A model generated the notes under the pieces. That model was given only the letters and a program-made list of their open reading frames with translations, made no database searches and was not told the DNA's origin. This document shows positions 9,546 through 20,600 of a DNA stretch of 64,000 nucleotides, in pieces. Origin of the DNA: Elusimicrobiota bacterium (GTDB taxonomy: Bacteria; CG03; SLGR01); NCBI GenBank assembly GCA_003553445.1, contig PWEK01000012.1, positions 1,844 through 65,843 on the forward strand, read 5' to 3'. The position numbers were made by a program, and so were the translations under genes. The stretch's first letter is position 1; the number at the start of each line of letters is the position of its first letter.

Positions 9546-9664
9546 ATTGCATTATCTCCTTTTATGCGAATTTTCCAATCCACCTTTTATAGCTTTCATT
9601 ATTTTATTTAATTATTGCTATATTCCAGGTTGCTTGTCAAGCAGGGAATTTAAGAAATACAAAT

Positions 9665-9693
9665 TAGACCTTTTTTCTGAAATTTCATATAAT
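9665..9693 (+). promoter_or_regulatory. Sigma70-type promoter of plsC
   Basis: TAGACC (9665-9670), 17 nt, TATAAT (9688-9693). Confidence 0.55.
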
Positions 9694-9694
9694 T

Positions 9695-10408
9695 ATGCCT
9701 ATGTTAAGAACAATCCTATGGTGGGTAACATTTATACCTGCAACTGTCTTTTTTTCCCTTGCAGCAATTGCAGCCGGTTTTTTTGATAAAACTGGCAATA
9801 CATCACATAATTTAAACAGAATCTGGGCAAAAACAATAATGCTTGCCAGCGGCTGCAGAATAAATATCAAAGGCCTGCAAAATCTGCGCAATAACACCGG
9901 TATGATAATCGTATCCAATCACCAGAGCGGTTTTGATATATATGCCTACACCGCTTATCTCCCCATTCAAATCAGATGGATAGCGAAAAAAGAGCTTTTT
10001 AAAATACCCCTCATGGGCCCTGGAATGAAAGCATCGCGCTACATCAGCATAAACCGGGAAAACCCCAGAGAAGCGCTAAAAAACCTTAAAGAAGCATCCC
10101 TACTTGTAAAAAAGGGGGCTTCAGCTGTAATTTTTCCGGAAGGAACCAGAACACCTGACGGCAGGCTGAAAAATTTCAAAAAAGGGTTTTTCCGGCTTGT
10201 AAAAATGGCAAAAAGCCCCGTTATTCCTATTACAATAAACGGAACCTTTAATATCATGAAGAAAAAAAGCTGGCGGATACACCCGCAAACAATCACCATA
10301 AGAATAGGAAGACCCATTTCTTATGAGGAAATAAAAAACAGAAGCGAAGATGAGATTTTAAATGTTTTGCGCCAAACCATCGAGGATAACCTCGACCGGC
10401 ATAGTTAA
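9695..10408 (+). CDS. plsC: 1-acyl-sn-glycerol-3-phosphate acyltransferase (true start possibly ATG 9701)
   Basis: SNHQSGFD (NHxSxxD), AKKELFKIP, IFPEGTRT, FKKG. Confidence 0.93.
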   Translation: MPMLRTILWWVTFIPATVFFSLAAIAAGFFDKTGNTSHNLNRIWAKTIMLASGCRINIKGLQNLRNNTGMIIVSNHQSGFDIYAYTAYLPIQIRWIAKKELFKIPLMGPGMKASRYISINRENPREALKNLKEASLLVKKGASAVIFPEGTRTPDGRLKNFKKGFFRLVKMAKSPVIPITINGTFNIMKKKSWRIHPQTITIRIGRPISYEEIKNRSEDEILNVLRQTIEDNLDRHS

Positions 10409-10411
10409 AAA

Positions 10412-13225
10412 TTACCTGGAAATATCAATACCTTTAAGGCCTTCGAGCTGATAATCTTCTGAAGCCATAACAAATATTACCGGATTTTGCAGATACTTTT
10501 TTGCGTTTTCTTTTATCTCTTCAGGGGTAATATTCTCCACTGTTCTTCGAAACCTGCTTCCGTCAGGATCTTCTACGCCGTATATCATATCCAGGGCTGC
10601 GTTTTCAGCCCGGGCGGAATTACTCTGGCGATAGAAAAATTCATTAAAAACAGTTTTGGAAACCGCCCTGTCAATGTCCTCCTGATTAACATATTCATTC
10701 CTTATGCGCTCCATCACTTTCATCACACGCTCTAGCGCTTCGGGAATATACTCCCGGGATGTATTAAAAGTTACCTCGAAATACCCCGGAACAAGCCCTG
10801 TAACCAGCCTGGCCCATGAAGCATAAACAAGCCCCGGGCCTTCCCCTCTCAATGATCTCTGCAACCACCCGGAAGGGAAATCACTTATTATATTTGACAT
10901 AACCCTCATTTTAGGGAAATCCTCATGCCCATAATGTACTACGGGACCAAATCCGATTTTCACCGCCGCCACCGGCTTTGCGGTATCTATCTTATGAAAT
11001 CCCGGCTGAGATATCTCCGGATTATATATTTCTTTATCACCTTTTGACTCAGCAGGCATATCGCCAAAATATTTTCGTGCCTTTTTATAAACTTTATCCG
11101 GCTCCACATCCCCCACTACAGAAATCACGGCATTTTCTGCATTTATCCGGTTTTGGTGGTATTTTCTTAATTCCTCAACAGTTAAATTTTCAACCGTTTC
11201 CCTTCTCCCCGCAGAAGTCAAAGACCATTGGTGATCCCTGAAATAGCCTTTCCTGAACTTCCTGCTCAACTCTCCGTACCATGAATCGTCCTGCCTGTCT
11301 ATGGAGGCAATAAGCCTAGGCCGGATAATATCCCACTGCTGACTTGAAAAAGAAGGCCTTAAAACCGCTTCAGCCATAAGCCCCATAACCTCCGGCCAAT
11401 CCTCACTTAGAGAGCTGGCGCGCACATAATCGGTATTATAGCCGCTTGATGAACTGATGCTTGCCCCCATGTCCTCAATTTTATTTATAAAGTCTTCGGC
11501 AGAATAATTTTGAGTTCCCCTTGTTAACATTGAAGTCATAGCCCTGGCCCTTCCCTCTCTGCCCTTCTCTTCAGCCAGAAGTCCGCCCTTAAAGTATAGG
11601 TGCATGGAAACCTTAGGAACTGCGTTAGATTTCTGAACTACCAGATTCAGGCCGTTGTTAAGCTCATAGTATTTGTACTCCCCCATCTCCGGGATTCTTC
11701 TTTCAATCTCCTCCTCCCGGGGGCGTTTTATTTCTTCAAAATGCTTTCTGTTATCCAGCTCATAAACATTCAAGGGAAAATCAGCTCTATCTAATTCCTT
11801 TTCTCTTTTAAGGGGTTCAGCGGTGTGCTTTTCAGTTTCCGGAAGAAGTTTTACCGTTATAACATTTTGAGGATCAAGGTACCTGCGCGCCGCTGATTTT
11901 AAATCCTGCGGCGTTAACTTCTTAATCTCTTTCAAATACCTGTAAATATAATCCGGGTCAGAGGTGTCAATTATATCCTCCGCCAGTCTCGAGGCGACAT
12001 CCTGCACTTTCTGATTTCCCCCCTGAATTGCTGAAATAATATTTTTCCTGGCCCGATCCAGCTCCCTTTCGCTCACGGTTTCCCTTCTTACTTTATTTAT
12101 ATGCTCCAGGACAGCGTCCTGCAGCTTGCCAACCGCCTCCTCATAGTCCTCGACCGCAGCCACCTCGGCATCCACTCCGAAAAAACCTTCTCCCCATGAA
12201 AAACTCAGATTATAGGAATTGATAACAGTCGCAAGCTGTCTGTCATCTCTCAAATCTCGCCTGAGCCGTGAAGATTCCCCCTGTCCCATTATGGCCGATA
12301 GAAGATCCAGAGACAAATCATCCCTGCATCCCTGTTTTGTCGAAGGCCATGCAAACCTTACCCTCGGCCGGTGAATATCCGCTCTGCCTGAAACCCTTTT
12401 TCCCGAAGGGCGCCCGGGTTCATCGGGAAAGCCTATTTCCGGCAGCTCTCCCGCGGGGACATCTTCCCATATATCAGCAAGCTCCCTTACTATCTCTTTT
12501 GGGTTTATATCACCCGCTACGGAAAAGACCATATTATTAGGAAGATACATCCTTTTATAAAAATCCTTTACCTGATCATGGGTAATCTCCAGAAATTCAT
12601 CTATGTATCCTATAGTAGGGTGTCTGGCCGGATGCGCATCATATCTTGCCTTCTGAGTAAGGCGCCACAGTATCCTCCCCGGCTCTCCCTCTCCCATGGA
12701 AAACTCCTGTTTTATTACTTCTCTCTCCCGCTGAAATTCACTCTCGGGCAAACTTGCGTTAATGATCCAATCCGAAAGGAGTTCTATTACCTTTGAGGAG
12801 TGAGCGCTTGGAGCATTGATATAGTAAAAAACACCATCGAGGCCTGTAGCAGCGTTTTTCTGGGCCCCGATGCGACCCAGTATTTCATTCGACTCTTCCT
12901 CGGTTCTGGTAGTTGTTGTACCCCCGGATAGAAGGTGTTCAAGAAAATGCGAAATACCCGATCCCGAATACTCCTGTTCAAATATTGAACCTGTCTGCAC
13001 CCATAGCTGAGCGCTCACAACAGGCGCGGCAGGCATCCTTTTTGCAACGACAACCATTCTGTTGTCAAGACGGGCAACAACCCTGTCAGAATCCTGACGA
13101 AGAATCTCGTAATTCACAGGAGCTTTTCCAGGAAAAATTCTTTTGCCGCATCCGTAAATAAGCATACAGGCTGAAATAAATACAATCGCATTGTAAAAGT
13201 TATAATACCTTTTTAATTTAAACAT
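10412..13225 (-). CDS. M16 (pitrilysin-family) zinc peptidase, fused double unit, probable lipoprotein
   Basis: GISHFLEHLL (HxxEH), EREVIKQE, an inactive second half (LNNGL...MLTRGT), and lipobox-like IYGC. Confidence 0.92.
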   Translation of the reverse strand: MFKLKRYYNFYNAIVFISACMLIYGCGKRIFPGKAPVNYEILRQDSDRVVARLDNRMVVVAKRMPAAPVVSAQLWVQTGSIFEQEYSGSGISHFLEHLLSGGTTTTRTEEESNEILGRIGAQKNAATGLDGVFYYINAPSAHSSKVIELLSDWIINASLPESEFQREREVIKQEFSMGEGEPGRILWRLTQKARYDAHPARHPTIGYIDEFLEITHDQVKDFYKRMYLPNNMVFSVAGDINPKEIVRELADIWEDVPAGELPEIGFPDEPGRPSGKRVSGRADIHRPRVRFAWPSTKQGCRDDLSLDLLSAIMGQGESSRLRRDLRDDRQLATVINSYNLSFSWGEGFFGVDAEVAAVEDYEEAVGKLQDAVLEHINKVRRETVSERELDRARKNIISAIQGGNQKVQDVASRLAEDIIDTSDPDYIYRYLKEIKKLTPQDLKSAARRYLDPQNVITVKLLPETEKHTAEPLKREKELDRADFPLNVYELDNRKHFEEIKRPREEEIERRIPEMGEYKYYELNNGLNLVVQKSNAVPKVSMHLYFKGGLLAEEKGREGRARAMTSMLTRGTQNYSAEDFINKIEDMGASISSSSGYNTDYVRASSLSEDWPEVMGLMAEAVLRPSFSSQQWDIIRPRLIASIDRQDDSWYGELSRKFRKGYFRDHQWSLTSAGRRETVENLTVEELRKYHQNRINAENAVISVVGDVEPDKVYKKARKYFGDMPAESKGDKEIYNPEISQPGFHKIDTAKPVAAVKIGFGPVVHYGHEDFPKMRVMSNIISDFPSGWLQRSLRGEGPGLVYASWARLVTGLVPGYFEVTFNTSREYIPEALERVMKVMERIRNEYVNQEDIDRAVSKTVFNEFFYRQSNSARAENAALDMIYGVEDPDGSRFRRTVENITPEEIKENAKKYLQNPVIFVMASEDYQLEGLKGIDISR

Positions 13226-13240
13226 TCAATAATAGTTAGA

Positions 13241-13924
13241 TTATCCTTCTTTATTCATTTTTCCTGATGATGAAGAAGTAAGCAATTTTTTTATATCAGC
13301 ATGACATTCAACGACAAGCGGACATTCTGTTTTTTTTAACCTGGATAGCGACTGATGTCCGCAGCCAAGAAGAATACACCCGCAGCCAAGCTGACGGGCC
13401 ACCTCCCAGTCATGCGATGTGTCTCCTATAAAACATGTTTTTTCAGGGTCAAGCCCCTGTCTCTCAAAAAGAGCTCTTCCCTTTATAATTTTAGAATCCG
13501 CATAAAGATTATTTATGCCGGCGATATCCCTGAAATATCTTTTAAGGCCTGCTTTATCAACTGATTTTTCAAGCATATTCTGTTCCATGGCAGAGAGAAC
13601 AAACTGCCTTTTCTCTCCGTAAAACTCATCCAGAAGTTCAAGGGCACCGGGATATACGCTTGTCTCGGGATTTAAAGATGCGTAATTCGCCATAAACTCA
13701 AGCCCGACTTTTTCCCAGTCTTCATCACTGAAATCAAAACCTATTTTTTCATAATAATCTTTTATGGGAAAGGAAAAAACCTCACGATATTTCTTCTCCG
13801 ACATCAAAGGCATATTTCTTTTAGAAAGCATCATATTGATACTTTTAACCGAGTATTTTAAATCGTCAAGAAGAGTGCCGTTATAATCCCATATTATTGA
13901 ATTAAAAATCTCCATGCTCTTCAT
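13241..13924 (-). CDS. HAD-family hydrolase (phosphoglycolate-phosphatase-like)
   Basis: IIWDYNGTLLDD, VLSA, FIGDTSHD, GHQS. Confidence 0.9.
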   Translation of the reverse strand: MKSMEIFNSIIWDYNGTLLDDLKYSVKSINMMLSKRNMPLMSEKKYREVFSFPIKDYYEKIGFDFSDEDWEKVGLEFMANYASLNPETSVYPGALELLDEFYGEKRQFVLSAMEQNMLEKSVDKAGLKRYFRDIAGINNLYADSKIIKGRALFERQGLDPEKTCFIGDTSHDWEVARQLGCGCILLGCGHQSLSRLKKTECPLVVECHADIKKLLTSSSSGKMNKEG

Positions 13925-14072
13925 TTTTTTACGCTGCGTGTTTCTTCCTTTGCCTCTGTTCTGCCTTTTTCACTTCATTAAATCAACTGTGAATATAGCA
14001 AATTGAATTACACTGTTCAAGTAATTTCAATACGCAGCTCTCCTTTCAATACACAACTATAACATTGAAATA

Positions 14073-14114
14073 TCAAAAAAAAATCAAATAATTCTCAAAT
14101 TTTCCTCAAATTTT
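14073..14114. repeat. Four direct repeats at 11-bp period (TCAAA-core array, copy 1)
   Basis: TCAAAAAAA at 14073, TCAAATAAT at 14084, TCAAATTTT at 14095, TCAAATTTT at 14106. Confidence 0.8.
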
Positions 14115-14124
14115 TTAATTTCCC

Positions 14125-14153
14125 TTGCGTTTCATACTCAATAATGTTATATT
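14125..14153 (+). promoter_or_regulatory. Sigma70-type promoter of the membrane protein at 14206
   Basis: TTGCGT, 17 nt, TATATT, with an extended -10 TG. Confidence 0.5.
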
Positions 14154-14205
14154 TAGGCAAGTTTTTATGTATTAAAAGAAAAGATTTCTTGAAAGGAGAG
14201 CTTTT

Positions 14206-14979
14206 ATGGAAAAAAACAACTTTTCAATAGGTAAATCACTGAAATTCGGGTTAACAACTTTCAAAGAAAACACCGGCATTATGCTTCTTATAGGGCTGGT
14301 CTCACTGCTTTTGATGATGGTGCCGGAGTTTCTTGCAACATTTGCCTTTGGGGCTGGTATCGCAGCGCTTGGATGGGTATTTACAGTTCTAAATATTATA
14401 ATTACAGCCATCGTGACTTTAGGTTTAATAAAGATCGGCCTGAAATTCTGCGACGGTGAAAAAGTTTCGTTATCCGACATTTTCTCCCAGTATAATTTAT
14501 TTTTAAAATATCTGGTCATAATGATCATATTTATACTTATCTCTATCCCGATTATAGTTCTTCTTGAAATACCCGGAGCACCTTCAGTAATAGGACTCAT
14601 ACTTTTACTACCGCTTATATACTTAATGATTAAGCTTATGTTTTTCGGATATGAACTGGTTGATAATAACGCCGGTCCCTTCGCATCAATTAAAACAAGC
14701 ATTATATTGACAAAAGGATTATTCTGGAAGCTTCTTCTATTTGTCATAATAACAGTTGGTATAAATTTTGTAGGGCTGCTGGTATTAATAGTAGGTTTAA
14801 TAGCCACCTCTCCCTATACCATGGTTGCAATGGCTCATGTTTATCGCCAGATCTCCGGAGAAAGCGAATCCTCACAAGAAGATGAAGAAGATTTTTTTGC
14901 GGAAGAAGAAGAATTTGAAGAGGAAGAACTAGAAGAATTCGAAGAGGAAGAAGGAGAATTCGGAGAAGAAAAAGAATAG
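14206..14979 (+). CDS. Integral membrane protein (DUF975-like) with an acidic C-terminal tail
   Basis: FSIGKSLKFG, several TM helices, VDNNAGPFASIKTSIILTKG.FWKL, AHVYRQ, and tail EDEEDFFAEEEEFEEEELEEF... Confidence 0.7.
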   Translation: MEKNNFSIGKSLKFGLTTFKENTGIMLLIGLVSLLLMMVPEFLATFAFGAGIAALGWVFTVLNIIITAIVTLGLIKIGLKFCDGEKVSLSDIFSQYNLFLKYLVIMIIFILISIPIIVLLEIPGAPSVIGLILLLPLIYLMIKLMFFGYELVDNNAGPFASIKTSIILTKGLFWKLLLFVIITVGINFVGLLVLIVGLIATSPYTMVAMAHVYRQISGESESSQEDEEDFFAEEEEFEEEELEEFEEEEGEFGEEKE

Positions 14980-15000
14980 AAAAAATCCCTTCAGGCATTA

Positions 15001-15034
15001 ACAGTACCCGCATAGAAATATGCGGGTATTGTTT
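15001..15034. terminator. Intrinsic terminator between convergent genes
   Basis: ACAGTACCCGCATA-gaaa-TATGCGGGTATTGT followed by T's. Confidence 0.75.
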
Positions 15035-15078
15035 ATATATCAGAAGCTGAAGTATCCGCAATAGAAAATAAATACATC

Positions 15079-16290
15079 TTATTCAAAGGAGGCGTGATCA
15101 AAATTGTCCAGCCTTTCAGATATTTCCTCCCATGTATTTTCAATCTCTTCTCTCTTTAAAGAACATATTTGAGGACACTCATAATCCCCATATACAACGC
15201 TGTGCAATGGTATTATCTTATGCCCGGATTCACGGTTGACCCAGGTCAAAACATATTGTACATCGTCTACATAGGCCTTCCCTGTCAACCTGTTTTTTTT
15301 CAAAATAATATTCAGAATTTTTCCGTATTCCACCTCATGCGTAGGCACGGAACGGGGCCTGTAATGCTGATTTGACAGAAAATTTCCCATTGAATAAGCT
15401 ACAAAAACATCACGCTTAGCTCCGCTATTCTCTTTCTCGGTGATAAACTCCATGGGCTGAACAACATGAGGATGGCTTCCTAAAATAATATCGGCCCCTG
15501 ACTCAGCAAGAGCAGCGGCCAGATCCTTCTGCGTTTGAACCGGCTCTGTCCTATACTCCTGCCCCCAGTGCATATATACAGCTACAATATCCGCTCCGTA
15601 ACTCCGGCAGATTTCTATATCCCTCTTGAAAACTTCAGCGGCTTTTTTTTCTATCGGCACATCAGATGACGCCCCGATATAATTAATGCTGAACTCCTTT
15701 CCGGCTGGAACAGGTATCATGTTTGTGCTTTCCGTATATGCAAGAAATGCGATTTTTAAGTTGTTTTCTTCTACAATGAGCGGTTTTTTTTGTTCCTCCC
15801 TGCTTCTGTAAGTGCCGAATGTTTTTGCCCCGGCTTTTTCAAAAACATCTATAGTGCGGAAAAGGGCATCTATGCCGGCGTCCAGCGAATGGTTATTTGC
15901 CGTAGATATTAAGTCAAATCCCGATAAAACAAGATCAGAAGCAATCTCATCCGGACTTTTAAAGCGAGGAAACCCCGCATATCCCTCTTCTTCACCCGGA
16001 AGGGTTGACTCAAAATTACATACGGCGTATTCCGCATCCCTTATGTACTCTTTTATGTATTGAAAACTGGAACTGAAGTCATACCCGCCGCCGGCATAAG
16101 CCTGTCTTACCTGCGGCATATGCATCATAATATCTCCCACAGCAGAAATTTTTACCCTGTCATATTTATAATTTAAAAGGCCTTTTTCTAAATCTATTTC
16201 TAATTTATATGCAGGTACAGGTGTGTATGCCTGCCGTATTAAAACTGTCAGAAGTAATGCTAAAAAAACTATCCCTTTTACAGCCTTCAG
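15079..16290 (-). CDS. CapA/PgsA-family metallophosphoesterase-fold protein; start extended to CTG at 16290
   Basis: ISAVGDIMMH, NFES, TANNHSLDAG, MHWGQEY, LGSHPHVVQP, YSMGNFLS. The frame is open upstream of 16140 through a TM segment (KAVKGIVFLALLLTVLIR) to a CTG 7 nt after GGAGG. Confidence 0.85.
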   Translation of the reverse strand: MKAVKGIVFLALLLTVLIRQAYTPVPAYKLEIDLEKGLLNYKYDRVKISAVGDIMMHMPQVRQAYAGGGYDFSSSFQYIKEYIRDAEYAVCNFESTLPGEEEGYAGFPRFKSPDEIASDLVLSGFDLISTANNHSLDAGIDALFRTIDVFEKAGAKTFGTYRSREEQKKPLIVEENNLKIAFLAYTESTNMIPVPAGKEFSINYIGASSDVPIEKKAAEVFKRDIEICRSYGADIVAVYMHWGQEYRTEPVQTQKDLAAALAESGADIILGSHPHVVQPMEFITEKENSGAKRDVFVAYSMGNFLSNQHYRPRSVPTHEVEYGKILNIILKKNRLTGKAYVDDVQYVLTWVNRESGHKIIPLHSVVYGDYECPQICSLKREEIENTWEEISERLDNFDHASFE

Positions 16291-16293
16291 AAG

Positions 16294-16665
16294 TCACCCT
16301 CCCAGTAAGTTTCTTATTTCATCCTCACCGAAACCGAAATAATGGGCTATTTCATGTATAACTGTCCTGTAAATATGCCCCTTCATCTCTTCAGTCAGAA
16401 AATCCCCGTATACTTCTTCGAAACTCTCTTTATAAATCTCTATGCGCGTAGGTTCATGCTGTATTGAAAAAACTCTTTTATCCTTCTTTGAAACACCGAT
16501 AAACATTCCAAAAATAACCATTCCCCGGTGCTCCGCCGCTATTTCCGGAGGCACTTTTTCACGGCAGAGAACCCTGATTTCCTCCTTCTCGAGAATTCTT
16601 TTATACTCCCCGGGTATATTTCTTAAAATATAATTAACCTCTTTTTCAAATTCCTGCAACCTCAT
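16294..16665 (-). CDS. Minimal zincin-like metallopeptidase (Zincin_1/DUF1025-like)
   Basis: GMFIGV, PTRIEIYK, TVIHEIAHYFG (HExxH). Confidence 0.85.
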   Translation of the reverse strand: MRLQEFEKEVNYILRNIPGEYKRILEKEEIRVLCREKVPPEIAAEHRGMVIFGMFIGVSKKDKRVFSIQHEPTRIEIYKESFEEVYGDFLTEEMKGHIYRTVIHEIAHYFGFGEDEIRNLLGG

Positions 16666-17535
16666 CTACAACCCCCTCAGGTATTCCGGCTTTAAAATTC
16701 CATTATCTTTCATCGCCTTTTCCGTAAGTTCAAGCAGCCTGGTTTTATCTTTAGGAAGCCTTCCCCGTAGAGGAAGATAATTGGAAGCATGATTTGACCT
16801 GAAAACTGTTCTTTTCATATCAATCCCTTTCAGTATCTCGAAGCTTTCCCTTAGAAGCCCTTTAGGGCTTAACTCCTTAAAATCCCCTCTTTCAGCTTCC
16901 TTGTACAGCTCTGTTCCCGGTATAAGCATAACCGAAAGAAAAGACAGAAAATCCGGCTGCATTTTATTCAGCGCCCTGATGGTCTCCCGGACATGCTCGG
17001 CGGAATATCTTTTTCCTCCCAGGCCGAGCAGGACTATTATCGAGGTTTTTATCCCTGTATCAGAACAGCGGCGCGCCCCTTCAATCATCTCTTCTGCCGA
17101 AGATTTCTTTTTTCTCATTTTGAGAACCGAACTGCTCCCGCTTTCCAGCCCCATGTAGATTAGGCTAAGTTTATTTTCTTTCAGTTTCTTTAGTTCATTA
17201 TCGGACCTTGAAGAAATATTATACCCGTTCGCATAAGAAGAGACCCTTCTTAACTTAGGGAAACTTTTATCCAGCTTTTCGAGCACCGGAATAAGCCGCT
17301 TATTCGGCACCGCAAGGGCATCTCCATCAAGGAGAAAAACTTTTCTTTTAAAAGGATGCAGCCTGGCTCCCCGCTCAATATCATAAAATATTTCCTTCTC
17401 TTCTTTTATGGAAAATTTCTTTCCCTGATAAGCGCCGCAAAAACTGCAGGTATAAGAAGAGCACCCCAGCGTAACCTGTAAAAGAAAACTCTGCGCCTCA
17501 GCCGGGGGGCGTATTGTGGGCTCAATTATGCTCAT
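16666..17535 (-). CDS. Radical SAM protein of unknown function
   Basis: IRPPAEA.SFLLQVTLGCSSYTCSFC (Cx4Cx2C), FLLDGDAL, YMGLESG, FRSNHASNYL. Confidence 0.9.
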   Translation of the reverse strand: MSIIEPTIRPPAEAQSFLLQVTLGCSSYTCSFCGAYQGKKFSIKEEKEIFYDIERGARLHPFKRKVFLLDGDALAVPNKRLIPVLEKLDKSFPKLRRVSSYANGYNISSRSDNELKKLKENKLSLIYMGLESGSSSVLKMRKKKSSAEEMIEGARRCSDTGIKTSIIVLLGLGGKRYSAEHVRETIRALNKMQPDFLSFLSVMLIPGTELYKEAERGDFKELSPKGLLRESFEILKGIDMKRTVFRSNHASNYLPLRGRLPKDKTRLLELTEKAMKDNGILKPEYLRGL

Positions 17536-17630
17536 ATTTTTTTAAATAGTTCTCCGGTATTATAAGTTCTATTAAAATCCTTTGAGGCTTCCGGAATTGA
17601 ATTATATTCAAATGCACCAATATATTAACC

Positions 17631-20600
17631 TCAGGTTAACTCCACCGGGTCCGGGCACATATCCTCCCGGTCTAAAAACAACAACAGTGTTTCCTTCACC
17701 TTTTCCCCCGTTACCTCCTCAAAAACTCTTCTGTATCTTTTAAGCTGAATTTGATAATGCCCTGTAAGTCTGTTTATGTTCTCGCGATTATGTATCATAT
17801 TCGTTTTATAATCAACTATAACCCACCCGCCGGGCTCCTTAAAAAGAAGGTCGATAGACCCCCTTGTGAGATCGGCCTTAGCCTTATCATAATACGAAAG
17901 ATTAAACTCGGTATATTTTTCCCGAGCTTTTTGGGCGCGCGAAAAAACATCACTTCTTATTGCATTCTCCAGGTGTTTCTTTACGGCATCAGGATTTTCA
18001 TATTTATCGTATTCTATCTTTTTCTCCGGAAATTTAAAAACACTGCGAATCAGCCTGTGTACAGTATCCCCGTGTTTTTTACCGTAACCCTCTTCAGAGC
18101 TGTATGCATCATCATCCAGCCGGGAAGGATTTCTTTTTTCATAAAGCGGGGAATTAGATTTTTTGACATTTTCTTTAAACTCATTTTTATATAACTCAAA
18201 TCCCCTGTCGTACGGCTTACGTTCTTTTTTCAGCTCGGGGATTTTTAAATAATTGCTGTACTCTATTTTTTCAATTTCAGTATTTTCGTCTTTTTTAAGC
18301 TCTCTTATCAAATCGGAAGAAAATGATTTTCCCCTGGATTTAGAATCGGTAACGATAAATCTATCCGAGGCCCTGGTAAATAGCACATACTCAAGCCTTT
18401 TCTCCTCCTGGCGCAGAAAATCAATTTCTTTTTCATGCAGCTCATCCCAGTTCTTTGGTTTACTCTCAAAATCCTTGCTCCATTCATAGCTTTCCGTACG
18501 GTTTGCGACAAATGTCCTGAAATATTTACCCCTACTCCTGTCCGTACATGTGTTTATGTAGCTTTTTCGGAAATTTTTAGCAGACATGTCCCCGAGAACA
18601 ACCACCGGAGCCTCCAGGCCTTTAGCCTGGTGAATTGTCATGAGCCTCACCCCGGCAGGTTTTTCCTGCTCAAAAAAAAGCGGTCTTTCACCATCTTCTC
18701 TCATGTTTGCAAGCTCCTCTACCGCTGCGTACAAATCAAGAGACTTCTCACGCATCATATTCTCCATCATAGACGAAAATTTATAAAGAGAGGCGGCCGA
18801 AGAATGTTTACCGAGAACCCCGGAATACAAATGAATTAAACCGGACTCCTCTATAATAAATCGCGCAGCCACGCTCTGTGGGACACTTAAACCTATTCTT
18901 GAAAGTTTTTCCAATTTTTCAAGAGCCCTGCGAGATTTATCCGGCAGAGATGAAAAGTTTTCTGTTTTTGAATAATTAAGCCCGCCGGTTTCTCTTACAA
19001 TTTCATATATCTCGGTATCGGTAAGGCCAAATACAGAAGATTTAAGCGCGCCGTAGACCGAGGCCGTATCCGAGGGCGAGGCGGCCGCAGTCACAATGGC
19101 TGACGCCTCTTTGATCTCCTCCCTTGAGAAAAAGTCTTTGCCGGATACGTTTTCAACCGGTATTCCTCTCTCCTGGAGAGCTTCTTCCCACCCACCGATA
19201 TGAGTACTCCTTTTAAAAAGAATTATTATCTCCCCTGGATGCGCAGTTCTTTCAATTCCGGTTCTTTTATCCCGCACCTTCAGACTTCCGCTGTCCAGAG
19301 ACTCACTCAGCCAACCCGCGAAGGTCTTCTGCTCCCGGGAAGCAAGATACCTGGCTAAGAGCTTATCGCTGTCTTTCTTTAAAACCTCCTCGGGATCACC
19401 GTCACCGGTAAGCTTCATCTCCAGCAGGGTTACACCCCCTCCGGGACCCCTGAACGATTCAATCGGATCGTATCCGGGCGAAGACATGTTATCTGTTTTT
19501 CTTATCCTTTGACTAAAATATTTATTTACCGCAGATGTAACTCCTTCAAGAGAGCGGAAGTTCTGTTTCAGCTTCAAAACATCCCTGCCTCTTCCCTTAA
19601 ATAATTCCTTAAACTCCTCATACACTGTTATATCCGCCCGCCGGAACCTGTATATTGACTGCTTCGGATCTCCTACGACAAAAAGCTTCCCCGGCACTAT
19701 ATTCAGTTTTCTCCAGTCATCCACCGAAGCATCATCCGAACAAAGGATGGCCACCACTTCAGCCTGTATAGGGTCGGTATCCTGAAATTCATCCACCAGT
19801 ACCATTTTATACTTTTTTCTAAAGTACCCCCTGACATTTTTATTATTTCGAAGAGTATCTTTAATCTTTACCAGCGAATCTACAAACGTTATGACGCTGT
19901 TCTTCTTTTTGTACTCATCATAAAAAGACTCAAAATCCCGGTAAAGATCCACCGCTACCCTGAAAAGAAAGTCAGAAATGACCCCGTTTATCTCAGAAAG
20001 AATTTCATTCGCATTCTCCGACTCCATTATCCCTATATTTCTGCCGTCTTTATCCCAGTTTTTCTTGTCCCCTTTTTTTACCTTTTTCACTTTCTTTAAG
20101 GCCGATATAAACGCCATCTTCTCCCGGTCGGAAGAGTCTTTCATTTTTTCCCATGATTTTTTTATATATCTAACCTGTCTGCAGTATTCGTCCTCAATCG
20201 GATTGTTGCATTTTCTCAAGCTTTCAGTCACCCGCCCTGCAAACCTTTCAAACATCCTGAAACATATTTTTTTTAATTCTCCCACTGAATCTATTTCAGG
20301 AACATACCCCAGCTCCAGCTCAGGATAATCGGCCGATTTAAAACAAAAATTTTTGAAATAATCCATTGATACCGAGAAGACCTCCAGGGAGTACAACAGA
20401 TCCTCATACCTTTTAAAGTCAGTTATTTTCTCTTCCATGTAATAACGCCATATGTTATCCGGCGTCTCTTCGCTCTCATCCATTAACTCCACCCGGGCGT
20501 CAAGGTCCGCTTCAAGCGGCCTCTCGGAAAGCAGCCTGTGGTAGAAAGAATGGATTGTTGATATCTCACACCCGCCTATTTTTTCAACAATATTCGCTAT

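Noticed and set aside
13921-13978. Upstream ATG-AAG-TGA in frame with the HAD gene (possible recoding or leader peptide)
   Set aside because: The HAD domain is complete from its own start and the extension has no recognisable features, so this is most likely chance.
16288-16296. In-frame TGA between the zincin and capA genes as selenocysteine or readthrough fusion
   Set aside because: The zincin ends at its normal length, no SECIS-like hairpin is evident, and GGAGG plus CTG explains independent initiation. TGA is an ordinary stop elsewhere in the window.
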